Positions 41,288-51,570 of a stretch of DNA of 64,000 nucleotides are shown here, piece by piece. The stretch's first letter is position 1. Every line of letters starts with the position of its first letter. A model generated the notes under the pieces. The model saw only the letters and a list, made by a program, of their open reading frames with translations. It searched no databases and was not told the origin of the DNA. The stretch is from an uncultured cyanobacterium (GTDB taxonomy: Bacteria; Cyanobacteriota; Cyanobacteriia; Pseudanabaenales; Pseudanabaenaceae), in NCBI GenBank assembly GCA_963703315.1, contig OY969811.1, positions 416,001 to 480,000 on the forward strand, read 5' to 3'. Made by a program: the position numbers and the translations under genes.

Positions 41288-41556
41288 CTAAGATTCTGCT
41301 TTCTTAGGAAATACACATTTAACTGTAATTTTGAGATTAGAACTTGCGCCACCCGATGCGATGAAGGGGACACCTGCTTTAGCATCAAGACTTACGCCAA
41401 ATTCGAGGGTAACTTCGCTAACTTCAGCATTGCCTAAGCGGCTTGGGCATTGGCATCGAGGGTGAAGGCACGGGTTGTTGTTGGGTTTGTACTTTCTTCA
41501 ACTTGGAAATAAATGATGCTGCCATCTTCGATCTGGGTGGGAACAAGTTGGGACAT
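41288..41556 (-). pseudogene. Trypco1/CU044_2847-like protease co-occurring protein, frameshifted
   Basis: MSQLVPTQIEDGSIIYFQVEE... stops at 41434-41436; a second frame reads EVSEVTLEFGVSLDAKAGVPFIASGGASSNLKITVKC. Confidence 0.7.
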
Positions 41557-41559
41557 AGT

Positions 41560-41663
41560 TAAGTAGCTAGGCATAAGTAAACTTAAAACCTAGAAGCTTG
41601 TGCCGCCCGCTACGCGGGCGGCACAAGCTCTGGTTTTGGTTTTTAACTATGCTGAGCTACTTA
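41560..41663. mobile_element. MITE with TAAGTAGC...GCTACTTA ends and internal REP hairpin
   Basis: Same family as 13119-13234. Confidence 0.7.
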
Positions 41664-41707
41664 GTTACTCGATTTATGAGTTTGCATCGATTTGCATTTT
41701 AATTAAT

Positions 41708-41742
41708 AAAAAAGAGGATGCGCTTAGCGCATCCTCTTTTTT
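41708..41742. terminator. Terminator of hup
   Basis: aaaaaagaggatgcgc-tta-gcgcatcctctttttt. Confidence 0.85.
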
Positions 41743-41749
41743 GAAAGAA

Positions 41750-42049
41750 TTAGTCAGAAGGAGGGCTGACTTGTTCTTTGAAGGACTTACCAGCAGAGAA
41801 GGCAGGAACCTTAGTCGCAGGGATTTCCATCTTTTCGCCAGTTTTAGGATTACGACCTTCACGGGCTTTGCGATCGCGAGCTTCAAAGGAGCCAAAGCCA
41901 ACCAAAGTTACTTTGTCGCCACCAGCTACAGTATCGATGATTACTTCAAGCGTTGCAGAAAGAACTTCGTCGGCAGTCTTTTTGTTGACTGATACGCCTT
42001 TTTCAGCAGCTTTTTTCGCAATAGCATCAACTAGTTCACCTTTGTTCAT
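41750..42049 (-). CDS. hup: DNA-binding protein HU
   Basis: MNKGELVDAIA, VTLVGFGSF and GRNPKTGE. Confidence 0.95.
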   Translation of the reverse strand: MNKGELVDAIAKKAAEKGVSVNKKTADEVLSATLEVIIDTVAGGDKVTLVGFGSFEARDRKAREGRNPKTGEKMEIPATKVPAFSAGKSFKEQVSPPSD

Positions 42050-42434
42050 AGGTTTCCCCTTTTATAAATATGAGTTGAGTATGAGTTAAGTCGTTAAATT
42101 CCAAAGTAAAATCTGTGCGATCGCTTTTTGCGAAAGCCGCACTGAATATGACTTCTGTTTGATCATTCTAATAGCAACTTGCCACTTGTGTATATACACA
42201 ACGGTTAATTTATATGGATTTGAGCAGTTTTTTTTAAATACTTATTGCTGCAATTCTTGTCTGAAACGCTAAAATGCTTTACCTGTAAGGGTTTTAGATT
42301 TTTGAGCTTGCGCTAAATTAGTGTAAGTCATACAGGGCAAGCACTTCACAAAAGTTCAAAACTATGGGTTTTGAGCAAGTTAATATGGTTAATATTTTTA
42401 GTACGTCCGCAACTAAACTTCACAATCCTAAAAT

Positions 42435-43520
42435 ATGCAGTCATCTACACCAGCTAATACTTCTGGGCTAACTCGTCAGTCACCTTTAGTAATTGCCCCA
42501 TTTTTCCTGTGGGGAACGGCGATGGTGGTCATGAAAGCCTTGATGCCTGAAACTAGCCCCATGTTTATGGCGGCATTCCGCTTGATTCCCGCAGGAATCT
42601 TGCTAATTTTAGGTGGAGTGTATTTTGGCAGACCTCAACCTAAAAATTGGCAAGCGTGGTTATGGATTAGCTTGTTTGCCTTGGTTGATGGCACGATGTT
42701 CCAAGGATTTTTGGCACAGGGTTTAGTGCGGACAAATGCAGGACTTGGCTCGTTGCTGATTGACTCACAGCCCCTTGCGGTGGCGGTACTGGCGGCGATT
42801 TTATACAAAGAGAGAATTGGCATCGGTGCAACGCTGGGCTTATTTGTAGGCATAGTGGGAATTGGACTAATTGGGTTGCCATCGGAATTGATGACAGCTT
42901 TACTAGCAGGGGATTTTGCGACAGTTTTAGCCGCAGGTATCTTTACCATCGGTGAGTGGTTTATGCTCGGTGCATCCTTATCAATGGCGATCGGTACGAT
43001 TTTGATTCGTCCTGTGGTGCGCTATGCCGATCCTGTGATGGCGACGGGTTGGCACATGATTATTGGTGGGTTGCCCTTATTGCTAATTTCTAATCAAATT
43101 GAGCAGAATCAGTGGCAAGATTTGAGTGCTTGGGGGTGGCTAGGCATGGCATATATGGCGATTATGGGCAGTGCGATCGCCTATGGATTATTTTTCTTTT
43201 TTGCATCTTCAGGTAGCTTGACAACCCTTAGCGCCTTGACCTTTTCCACACCTGTATTTGCACTGATGTTTAGCAGTTTATTTTTAGGTGAAAATCTCAC
43301 CTTGGTGCAGTGGATCGGCGTGATTTTGACCTTGGGTAGCATTTATCTTGTCAGTATGCGCGGTGCAGGACAAGATGGTAGTGAGGGTCGAAATGAAGAT
43401 GTAGATCTTGAGATTGCCACTGGCAATATACTGCCTGCGACTGAACAAGTTGCAGTTAGTTCAGCTTTACCCGTTTTGCAACAGCCCGTAAATGAACCAA
43501 TTATCCGCGAAAAATCTTAG
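42435..43520 (+). CDS. EamA/DMT family transporter
   Basis: About 10 TM helices; PFFLWGTAMV and LIDSQPL. Confidence 0.88.
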   Translation: MQSSTPANTSGLTRQSPLVIAPFFLWGTAMVVMKALMPETSPMFMAAFRLIPAGILLILGGVYFGRPQPKNWQAWLWISLFALVDGTMFQGFLAQGLVRTNAGLGSLLIDSQPLAVAVLAAILYKERIGIGATLGLFVGIVGIGLIGLPSELMTALLAGDFATVLAAGIFTIGEWFMLGASLSMAIGTILIRPVVRYADPVMATGWHMIIGGLPLLLISNQIEQNQWQDLSAWGWLGMAYMAIMGSAIAYGLFFFFASSGSLTTLSALTFSTPVFALMFSSLFLGENLTLVQWIGVILTLGSIYLVSMRGAGQDGSEGRNEDVDLEIATGNILPATEQVAVSSALPVLQQPVNEPIIREKS

Positions 43521-43580
43521 AAAGACTTGCTTTGCAAGTCCTTCTAAGATTTTTCGCATCACTAATTTGAGAGATGCTCT

Positions 43581-44654
43581 ATGCCTACTTTATATATTGC
43601 AATTACCAATCATGGCTTTGGTCATGCGACGCGCACGGCGGCTGTACTTGCTGACCTACAACAGCGATCGCCTGATATCAAGTTGATTATTGCGACGACG
43701 GCTCCGCGTTGGTTGTTGGAAGAATATATCGAAGGTGACTTTGTTTATCATCAGCGAGTCTTTGATGTGGGCGTGATTCAGCTTGATAGTTTGCAAGTCG
43801 ATCGCGAGGCAACCTTTGGATTATGGGAAAGCATTTACAAACAACAGGCTGATTTAATTTCTGAAGAAGTGAAATTTTTACAAGAGAATCAAGTTGATTT
43901 AATCTTTGGGGATATTCCGCCGATGGTGGCGGAGATTGCGAAGGCGGCGCAGATTCCTTGTTGGATGGCGGGAAATTTTGGTTGGGATTTTATCTATCGC
44001 GATTGGGGAGGGAAGTATGTGGAACTTGCCGATCGCTTATCAGAAACCTATAGCCATTGCGATCGCCTATTTCGATTACCCTTTGCGGAACCGATGAGTT
44101 CCTTCCCTAATATTCAAAATGTGGGATTAACTGGTGCAAAACCCAATCACTCACCTGAATATTTGCGTGAGAAGTTTAATCTGGACGGCGATCGCCCGAC
44201 GGCTCTACTTACTTTTGGCGGCTTGAGCTTGCAATCGATTCCCTATCAAAATTTGGCGAAGTTTCCCGATTGGCAATTTGTCACCTTTGATCGCGATGCG
44301 CCTGAATTACCTAATCTCACTAAAGCTAATTGCGATCGCCTCCGTCCTGTGGATCTTATGGTGGTATGCGATCGGCTGATCACTAAGCCTGGTTATGGCA
44401 CATTAGCGGAAGCTCTACGGGTGGGGATTCCCGTTGTTTGCTTGACCCGTGAAGGTTTCTTAGAAGCAGAAACTCTGATTGCTGGTGTCAAAAACTATGC
44501 CGATCATTTGATCATTTCACCGCAAGAATTTTATGAAGGTGATTGGTCATTTTTAAACGCACCATTTCAAGCTCCAGATTTAGAGAATGCGAAGGAATTA
44601 GATATGCAAGGTGAAGCAACAATTAATCAGGCAATTTTGGATTACTTAAGTTAA
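43581..44654 (+). CDS. GT-B glycosyltransferase-like protein
   Basis: TNHGFGHATR and ITKPGYGT. Confidence 0.8.
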   Translation: MPTLYIAITNHGFGHATRTAAVLADLQQRSPDIKLIIATTAPRWLLEEYIEGDFVYHQRVFDVGVIQLDSLQVDREATFGLWESIYKQQADLISEEVKFLQENQVDLIFGDIPPMVAEIAKAAQIPCWMAGNFGWDFIYRDWGGKYVELADRLSETYSHCDRLFRLPFAEPMSSFPNIQNVGLTGAKPNHSPEYLREKFNLDGDRPTALLTFGGLSLQSIPYQNLAKFPDWQFVTFDRDAPELPNLTKANCDRLRPVDLMVVCDRLITKPGYGTLAEALRVGIPVVCLTREGFLEAETLIAGVKNYADHLIISPQEFYEGDWSFLNAPFQAPDLENAKELDMQGEATINQAILDYLS

Positions 44655-44717
44655 GTGAGTGGCGATGGAATCATCGCCACTCACTTATTTGCCTAAGTTG
44701 TCCCTAGCTTTTTACTC

Positions 44718-46121
44718 TTAAGCCTTCACTAATTGCTTACTCTTAATCACTTCCGCCGCACACATCTTGCCCGAAAGTGTCGCACCTTCCATACTGTCGA
44801 TGTAGTCTTGCATCGTATAGCTTCCTGCCAAGAAGAAATTCTTGACTGGTGTGGCTTGAGTAGGACGGAAGGGATCTTTGCCGGGGGCTTCACGATACAG
44901 GGACTGGGCGAGTTTGACCACACTTGACCAAGTGACATTCAGCTTATTGGAAGAAGGGAAAATCTGATGTACTTGAGCAATCATCTTCTCAACGATCGCT
45001 TCATTGCTGAGCTTAATATAATCATCCGCAGGTGTAATTACTAACTGCAAGAGAGAGCCTTCTCCTTCTTTGTAATAGTCAGTCGGGCTAGTAATCGCCA
45101 AATCCGCAAAGGTGGAGAAATCTACTTTCACAGCATAGAGCAAGTTATCAATATCCGTTACCCAACCATCAAAGCGCAGTTGCACGGTAATTACAGGTAC
45201 AGCGTCAAGCTTATAGATATTGTCAAACTGCGACCATGCCCGCCATTTCTCAGGGATAATTCTCTTTACTCCCGGAACATCAGTGGCGCAGATATACACG
45301 TCAGCATTCACGATTTCTTCGCCATCTTCTTTGCCAATGATCAAACCTGTGACGCGAGTATCTTCACCTTCGCCTTCAAAGAGAACTTCACGCACACCAC
45401 GCCGTAGATGAAACTTACCGCCTTTAGATTCAATGAGCTTCACAATGGGCTTATGCAGAAACTCATCGGGCGCACCTTCAAGCATTCTCAAAATTGAAGC
45501 TTCAGTTCTCGATGCAAAGAATTGGAAGATGGTGAGCATACAGCGTGCGGAAATATTCTCGCAGTCGATGAAGCCTAATCCATAGGCGATCGCATCCCAC
45601 ATCAGGTCGAGACTCGCTTGTGAGCCGCCCATGCCCAAAAACCAATCTTTAAAGCTGATGTTGTCGAGGGCGCGGATTTCTTTCATTGCGCCAACATGAT
45701 CGACTAAGCCGCGAATTAATGGACTGCGCCCGATCGCGATCGCATTTTGGATTTTGTCCTTAAGTGGTAATTGTCCTGTGGTTACAAAGGCTTTCAGTCC
45801 ATGAAAGGGTGCGCCGCCAAAGTTGCGAAAATCAAGGGCTGCTTGCTTGCCACCGGGATTGACGAAAATATGTGTATGTTCCTTGAGACGGAGATGCTCG
45901 AAAGCGCCTGTTTTTTTCATCAGCGCAAATAGGTTGTAATAGCAGCCAAAAAATACGTGCAAGCCCATTTCGATATCGTTGCCATCTTTGTCTAGCCAAC
46001 TGCTGACCTTGCCGCCCACAAAGGGACGGGATTCAAAAAGTTCTACCTCGTAGCCCTGCTCGCTGAGTTCGACCGCAGTACTCATACCTGCTAAGCCTGC
46101 ACCAATAATCACTGCTTTCAT
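44718..46121 (-). CDS. crtQ: Zeta-carotene desaturase
   Basis: [27 protein letters not shown] and [10 protein letters not shown]. Confidence 0.92.
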   Translation of the reverse strand: MKAVIIGAGLAGMSTAVELSEQGYEVELFESRPFVGGKVSSWLDKDGNDIEMGLHVFFGCYYNLFALMKKTGAFEHLRLKEHTHIFVNPGGKQAALDFRNFGGAPFHGLKAFVTTGQLPLKDKIQNAIAIGRSPLIRGLVDHVGAMKEIRALDNISFKDWFLGMGGSQASLDLMWDAIAYGLGFIDCENISARCMLTIFQFFASRTEASILRMLEGAPDEFLHKPIVKLIESKGGKFHLRRGVREVLFEGEGEDTRVTGLIIGKEDGEEIVNADVYICATDVPGVKRIIPEKWRAWSQFDNIYKLDAVPVITVQLRFDGWVTDIDNLLYAVKVDFSTFADLAITSPTDYYKEGEGSLLQLVITPADDYIKLSNEAIVEKMIAQVHQIFPSSNKLNVTWSSVVKLAQSLYREAPGKDPFRPTQATPVKNFFLAGSYTMQDYIDSMEGATLSGKMCAAEVIKSKQLVKA

Positions 46122-46209
46122 GTTTATGCTCGACCCTTACTGTCGTTACCTTATTGTTAAATTTTGCTTAACATATTGTAATCTTGTTTGGATCATTGGG
46201 GGATAGCCA

Positions 46210-49200
46210 TTAGCTTTTAGTCTGTGTTCCCTCAACGATCGCTATTTCTTCTTCTGTTAAACCATACAACCGATAGACGATCGCATCAATCAGCTTGTCA
46301 CAGTTTGTTAGTTGTTCTTTGATAGGTAAAAGAGTATTCAGGCTATCTTGATATTCTTTTTCTAGAGATTGTTGTTCTTTTCGGGCGACTGGATCAATTT
46401 TAATTTTCTTTTTGTTTTTCTTGAGGACTTCGATTAGGTCGTCAAAACTAAGGCTTGATTCATTTTTGTAATAGTCACCTAAATAGTTCTGGATTTTCGA
46501 TTTATTGGTAAGTGTGTCAATTTCGCATCCGATAAAGCGCTCTAGCCACTTTAGAAAACTTTTGATTTCAGTTTGTTTTTGCTTATTGAGTTCAATCATT
46601 TGCTCAGCAAGATAAGCCAATAAGTCATGGATTAAATCTTTAGCTGCAAAATCAATATATTCAGAGATTTCGCTTAGGAAAAAGTTAGATTGATTACAAT
46701 ATTTGATAAATTGAGATAGTAATTCTTTTCTATCTATTTCAGTCAAAGAGAAATTAATAATTGGAATTGGTAGATTTTTAAGTTCCTCATAAGTTACTTG
46801 TGGAAAATCATCTTTAACAGATATAGTTGAAGAGCTTGTATAAAGCCAAGAAACTAGTTTTGAATTAATTAGTGCTGTTATAAACCTAGGATTAATATCA
46901 ATGTTTAAGACTAGGATACTCAGAATATTATCTGTTGTAACTAAAGTTTCTTCGCAGTAGCAAGACATAAGCTCACCTCGTCTTGATAATAGCCTTCTTA
47001 GGACAATTCTGGGACTAGTAAATAAAATTTCCTCTCGTTTACTAGCCAAATTATTGCAATATTTTATATAACTTCTCTTTTGTGGTTGTAGACGATAGCG
47101 AGATAATTCCTCTCCAAGTAGTTCGGGGTAATAAATATCTTCAGATTCATTTAATTTATGTACTCGCAAAAAATCATTTTTTATTTGCTCTTTGGTATGT
47201 TTTTTTGTGTCGTAAAGCTGTACGCCTCTTTCAATTCTAGCAAAGGATCCTAAATTCGTGAATTGCGAATCTTTTTTGATTTTTTGGATTCTTAATAATT
47301 CTTTACTTAGAATAAATTTAAAATTAGTATCTTCTTTCCATTCTTGAATACTAATTTCTTGATAGGTTATGTTATTTAAAAGATGCAAATCATCTTTTTT
47401 GCCCATTTTTTTAGTGTATACGAAATAGCTTTCTTGTCTTCTATTGACTTGAGTTACGATAATGCAAGTGTCAATATATGCTTCAGCAAAAATATCATAA
47501 GGTAGAGTAACTACTTCTTTTATGCAAGAAATATTGAGTATATTTTGACGTAAATCTGTATAGTTTATTCCTGTTAAAATTGCCGCAGGAATAATAAAAG
47601 ATGTGTATCCTTGATCACAAGTGCTTTTTAGTCCAAAGTTCCAAAAATAAACAAAAGCATCATTGTATGAATTAGATGACCACTTTAACGGTTCAATTAG
47701 TCCATAGGGAGGGTTACCAATTACTGCGTCAAAACCAGCATTCTCCTGCCAACAGGCATTTTCTAAGTCGATAAATACTTCTGGAAATTCGAGATCCCAA
47801 TGAAAGAAGTGTTTTTCATCACTGAGTTTTTGAGCATTTTTATATACGGCTGCATCTGCCTTATTCATTTTTGTGTGATCAGCCGAAATTGCATTTGTTC
47901 CAAAGACACGCAAGAAATGATCGGCACGTTTTAGTCCAAAGAATTTCGATACATAGATATCTAGTAAACGTTTATAGGGCTTGGCAGCTTGATCAAATTG
48001 TCGAAATAGCTTTTCACTTTGTTCAAGCTCGGCAAATGTGGCATCACTGAGAATACTCACCCCACGCATAATTTCGGCGGCGCGTAGCAATCCTACAAAT
48101 GGACCTGCAAGCAAATTAAACTGTCCAGTTGATTCCTTGACCATACTGGCTTCAGCTTCCTTTACAGTTGTCCCAATTAGCGAATTACCACAACGTAAAT
48201 GGTGATCTAAAAAGCTTAATGGAGCGCCGACAGTAAAAGAGTGTAACCACAAGCTGACCTTTGCTAACTCCACTGCCATTTGGTTTAAATCCACACCATA
48301 AATACAACGCTTCATCACCACACGCTGTAAAAGTTGGGTTGGTTCTAACCGATCTGGACTAATCCTAATTCCTTGTTTTGCTAAATTATCTAAAATGCTT
48401 TCACGAGTCTGATTGAGCATTTCTAAAATTGGATTATGCTCAGGATATTGATTCAAAATTAAAATCAATTCATCGGTCAAATAATCTACAGCTTCCACCA
48501 AAAAATGACCACTTCCCATTGATGGATCACATATTTTGATGTCAAGCAATGTTGTTTGTGCTTTTCGCTCTAAACGTTGCAAATCTTTCTGTAATCCATT
48601 GCGACTTTGCACGCCTAAACGCTTATCTTGCAACTGTTGATGTAACTGGCTAACCTCTGCCATTAGCTCAGAAAATCTTTGCGATCGCTTTTCTAATATT
48701 GGCTTTAAAGTATGGCTGACAATATATTTAACAATGTAATCAGGAGTGTAATAAGAACCCGTTGATTTGCGATCTCCTTTATCATTTTCTAAATGTACTT
48801 CTCCCTTTTCTGCATTGTCAATTACGACACGATATTCTAATAAGCCTTCATAGATAGAACCTAATTGACGCACACCTAAAAAACTATAGTCAATTGGAAG
48901 TCCTTCAAATCTGGCTAATTTATCTAGGGCAGGCGCTAAAATTGCATCTGCAAGCTTAAATCGGAATAGGAAATGATTGGCAGGATAATCAACCTGATCA
49001 TCAGCTTGATTAAAGTCAAAGTGAAATAGTCCACCGTTATAACGCGGTACATCCAAACTTGGATCGCCACGATCAATAATTTGAAATAAGCTTAGCAGGC
49101 GATCATATAGTCCTGTTCCTGTTTGACTAAATTTCTTGTGATTTCCTATTCCTTGTGCTACCTCTTTCGACATCTCAATTAGACTATAATCTCGATAATC

Positions 49201-50100
49201 GCTATTAATTGGTAGTAAATTTCTCGCCTCAGCATAGAGCAAAAATAGAAGCTTATAGAGAAACGATAATGTCGCCTCATAAATCTCTTCGGGCGTTACT
49301 TGATGTTGCAATCGGAAAGCATTTGCCGCAAATCCTCCCGCCACACTTGGAAACACCTTCTCAAACACCAAAGCTTTTAGCTCTTTGCCTACCTGTGTTG
49401 CATAAGTAGTACTACCTTCCCGTACCCGTTCTAAAAAATTATGCCCCTGTGGATCTTTAACAAAACTATTGCTACAGAAAAACAACCAAAAATATTTAAA
49501 CTGTTCTAAATCCCCTGATTCTAACAATTCCACCAGATCTACTTGATAGAACTCTGTCGCCGTCGAAGAAGCCAAGCGATAATATAGCCGCCACTCACGC
49601 CCATTCGTCAAAATCCCCCAATCAACCCCAGTTCCCACTAAGTAATTTGTAATCTGAAACGATGGATTAGCATTTTTATAAATATCTCGCTGATCATTTG
49701 CCGAAGCTTTACTGAGTGCGCGTTCCCAATACTTAGCCTCAGCGATCGCACTCACCCGCGCATAAAAAGCCGTCTCATTACTTTGTAATGGATAAGCACT
49801 ATCGCGATCGCTTTCACTGGTAAACAGTGCATAATCTGGACGCTCAGCCCTGCCCTTTCCATGCGTTGTCACTTGAGGAATATTACTAAATCCCAAGATA
49901 TCCAATACAGGTTTAATAAACTCTGCTTCTGTTTGCGCTTCACTTAGTTTTGGCAACAAATCCTGTTTAGACAAATAAAGTTTTTTCAGAGCTTCAAACT
50001 TATCCACTACATCAAGTTGCCATTCAGAACATTCCTGAATTCGATGATCCAAGTAATGCTGCGAAAATAGTGGTTTGTTTGTCTTCTGTACATCCGTCAT
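46210..50100 (-). CDS. Type IIG (Eco57I-like) fused restriction endonuclease / N6-adenine methyltransferase with TaqI-C-like specificity region
   Basis: RPDYAL...AEAK, LTNGREWRLY, YNGGLF, GSYYTP, DPSMGSGHFL and IGNPPY. Confidence 0.9.
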   Translation of the reverse strand: MTDVQKTNKPLFSQHYLDHRIQECSEWQLDVVDKFEALKKLYLSKQDLLPKLSEAQTEAEFIKPVLDILGFSNIPQVTTHGKGRAERPDYALFTSESDRDSAYPLQSNETAFYARVSAIAEAKYWERALSKASANDQRDIYKNANPSFQITNYLVGTGVDWGILTNGREWRLYYRLASSTATEFYQVDLVELLESGDLEQFKYFWLFFCSNSFVKDPQGHNFLERVREGSTTYATQVGKELKALVFEKVFPSVAGGFAANAFRLQHQVTPEEIYEATLSFLYKLLFLLYAEARNLLPINSDYRDYSLIEMSKEVAQGIGNHKKFSQTGTGLYDRLLSLFQIIDRGDPSLDVPRYNGGLFHFDFNQADDQVDYPANHFLFRFKLADAILAPALDKLARFEGLPIDYSFLGVRQLGSIYEGLLEYRVVIDNAEKGEVHLENDKGDRKSTGSYYTPDYIVKYIVSHTLKPILEKRSQRFSELMAEVSQLHQQLQDKRLGVQSRNGLQKDLQRLERKAQTTLLDIKICDPSMGSGHFLVEAVDYLTDELILILNQYPEHNPILEMLNQTRESILDNLAKQGIRISPDRLEPTQLLQRVVMKRCIYGVDLNQMAVELAKVSLWLHSFTVGAPLSFLDHHLRCGNSLIGTTVKEAEASMVKESTGQFNLLAGPFVGLLRAAEIMRGVSILSDATFAELEQSEKLFRQFDQAAKPYKRLLDIYVSKFFGLKRADHFLRVFGTNAISADHTKMNKADAAVYKNAQKLSDEKHFFHWDLEFPEVFIDLENACWQENAGFDAVIGNPPYGLIEPLKWSSNSYNDAFVYFWNFGLKSTCDQGYTSFIIPAAILTGINYTDLRQNILNISCIKEVVTLPYDIFAEAYIDTCIIVTQVNRRQESYFVYTKKMGKKDDLHLLNNITYQEISIQEWKEDTNFKFILSKELLRIQKIKKDSQFTNLGSFARIERGVQLYDTKKHTKEQIKNDFLRVHKLNESEDIYYPELLGEELSRYRLQPQKRSYIKYCNNLASKREEILFTSPRIVLRRLLSRRGELMSCYCEETLVTTDNILSILVLNIDINPRFITALINSKLVSWLYTSSSTISVKDDFPQVTYEELKNLPIPIINFSLTEIDRKELLSQFIKYCNQSNFFLSEISEYIDFAAKDLIHDLLAYLAEQMIELNKQKQTEIKSFLKWLERFIGCEIDTLTNKSKIQNYLGDYYKNESSLSFDDLIEVLKKNKKKIKIDPVARKEQQSLEKEYQDSLNTLLPIKEQLTNCDKLIDAIVYRLYGLTEEEIAIVEGTQTKS

Positions 50101-50424
50101 GTTCAGCTTTCCTTGTGGTTTAGTGATAGCACTAAGCTCTATAGTCAGTCATCTGAATTATATCCCAAGTATTCTATTAGAGTGGCGACGCTTCGTGCCG
50201 CCACTCTAATAGAATCGAATTTAATATAGGGGACAGTGAAATAAAAACCAGATATTTGGCGGCGCAGCGAAGCCGCGCCGCCAAATATCTTATATTCGTG
50301 AATCTGATATTTTGGTTTAAGATGGCATTGCCCTGATAACCATTGTTTTTGTGAGATATTTACGCTTTGTAAAGTTATAATTGAGCGTTAGCCCCGATAA
50401 CTATGTAGAAATTAATAGATAAAT

Positions 50425-51399
50425 ATGGCAGAGGTTACTTTTTTTAACGCCCTCAGAGCAGCGATCGATGAGGAAATGGAGCGCGATCCAGCCGTTTATG
50501 TTTTAGGCGAAGACGTGGGGCATTATGGCGGCTCCTACAAAGTAACCAAGGATCTTTACAAAAAATACGGTGACTTACGCTTACTCGACACCCCGATCGC
50601 CGAAAATAGTTTTACTGGTCTAGCGATCGGTTCCGCCATGACAGGTTTACGCCCGATCATTGAAGGGATGAACATGGGCTTCTTGCTGCTTGCCTTTAAC
50701 CAAATTTCTAACAATGCAGGAATGTTGCGTTATACATCTGGCGGCAATTTCAAAATTCCCATTGTGATTCGCGGACCTGGTGGCGTTGGTCGTAACCTCG
50801 GTGCAGAACATTCACAACGTCTCGAAACCTATTTCCAAGCAGTACCAGGCATTAAAATGGTCGCTTGTTCCACACCTTACAATGCTAAGGGCTTGCTGAA
50901 GTCAGCAATTCGTAACGATAATCCGATTCTCTTCTTTGAACACGTTTTGCTATATAACCTCAAAGAAGATATTCCTGACGAAGAGTATTTGTTGCCTCTC
51001 GACAAGGCAGAAGTCGTGCGCGAAGGTAGTGATGTAACTATTCTTACCTATTCACGGATGCGTTATCACGTTCTCAAAGCTGTCGAAACACTGGTTGATA
51101 AGGGATACGATCCTGAAGTAATCGACTTGATTTCCTTAAAGCCCCTTGATATGGAAACAATCGTTACTTCTTTGCGAAAAACCCATCGCATCGTGATTGT
51201 CGAAGAAGGAATGCGTTGTGCCAGTATCGGTTCGGAAATTATTGCTTCAATTAATGATAGTTATTTTGATGAACTTGATGCACCAATTATTCGTCTCGCG
51301 GCACTAGATGTTCCTACTCCCTATAATGGTGGATTGGAAAATCTGACAATTCCTCAACCTGAAGATGTAATTGCCGCAGTTGAGAAATTATTAGCTTAG
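50425..51399 (+). CDS. pdhB: Pyruvate dehydrogenase E1 beta subunit
   Basis: [20 protein letters not shown] and GAEHSQ. Confidence 0.96.
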   Translation: MAEVTFFNALRAAIDEEMERDPAVYVLGEDVGHYGGSYKVTKDLYKKYGDLRLLDTPIAENSFTGLAIGSAMTGLRPIIEGMNMGFLLLAFNQISNNAGMLRYTSGGNFKIPIVIRGPGGVGRNLGAEHSQRLETYFQAVPGIKMVACSTPYNAKGLLKSAIRNDNPILFFEHVLLYNLKEDIPDEEYLLPLDKAEVVREGSDVTILTYSRMRYHVLKAVETLVDKGYDPEVIDLISLKPLDMETIVTSLRKTHRIVIVEEGMRCASIGSEIIASINDSYFDELDAPIIRLAALDVPTPYNGGLENLTIPQPEDVIAAVEKLLA

Positions 51400-51570
51400 T
51401 TATAGAGCTTTTCAAGCAAGCGAGGTATAGAGGATTGTTTCCCCGCCGAAGACGGGGAAACAATCCCGTACTTCACTAGATTAAAAAACAAATCCAAAAT
51501 CTGTGCGTGCGCCACAGATTTTGGATTTGTTTTTTTATTTAATTGTGCCTAGCTACTTAGCTCCTAACTC

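Noticed and set aside
41240..41437. 65-aa + strand ORF and other short antisense ORFs (e.g. 33050-33436, 40091-40561, 41600-41992, 31412-31645, 17725-17913)
   Set aside because: They are shadows of real genes on the opposite strand or lie in repeats, and have no motifs.
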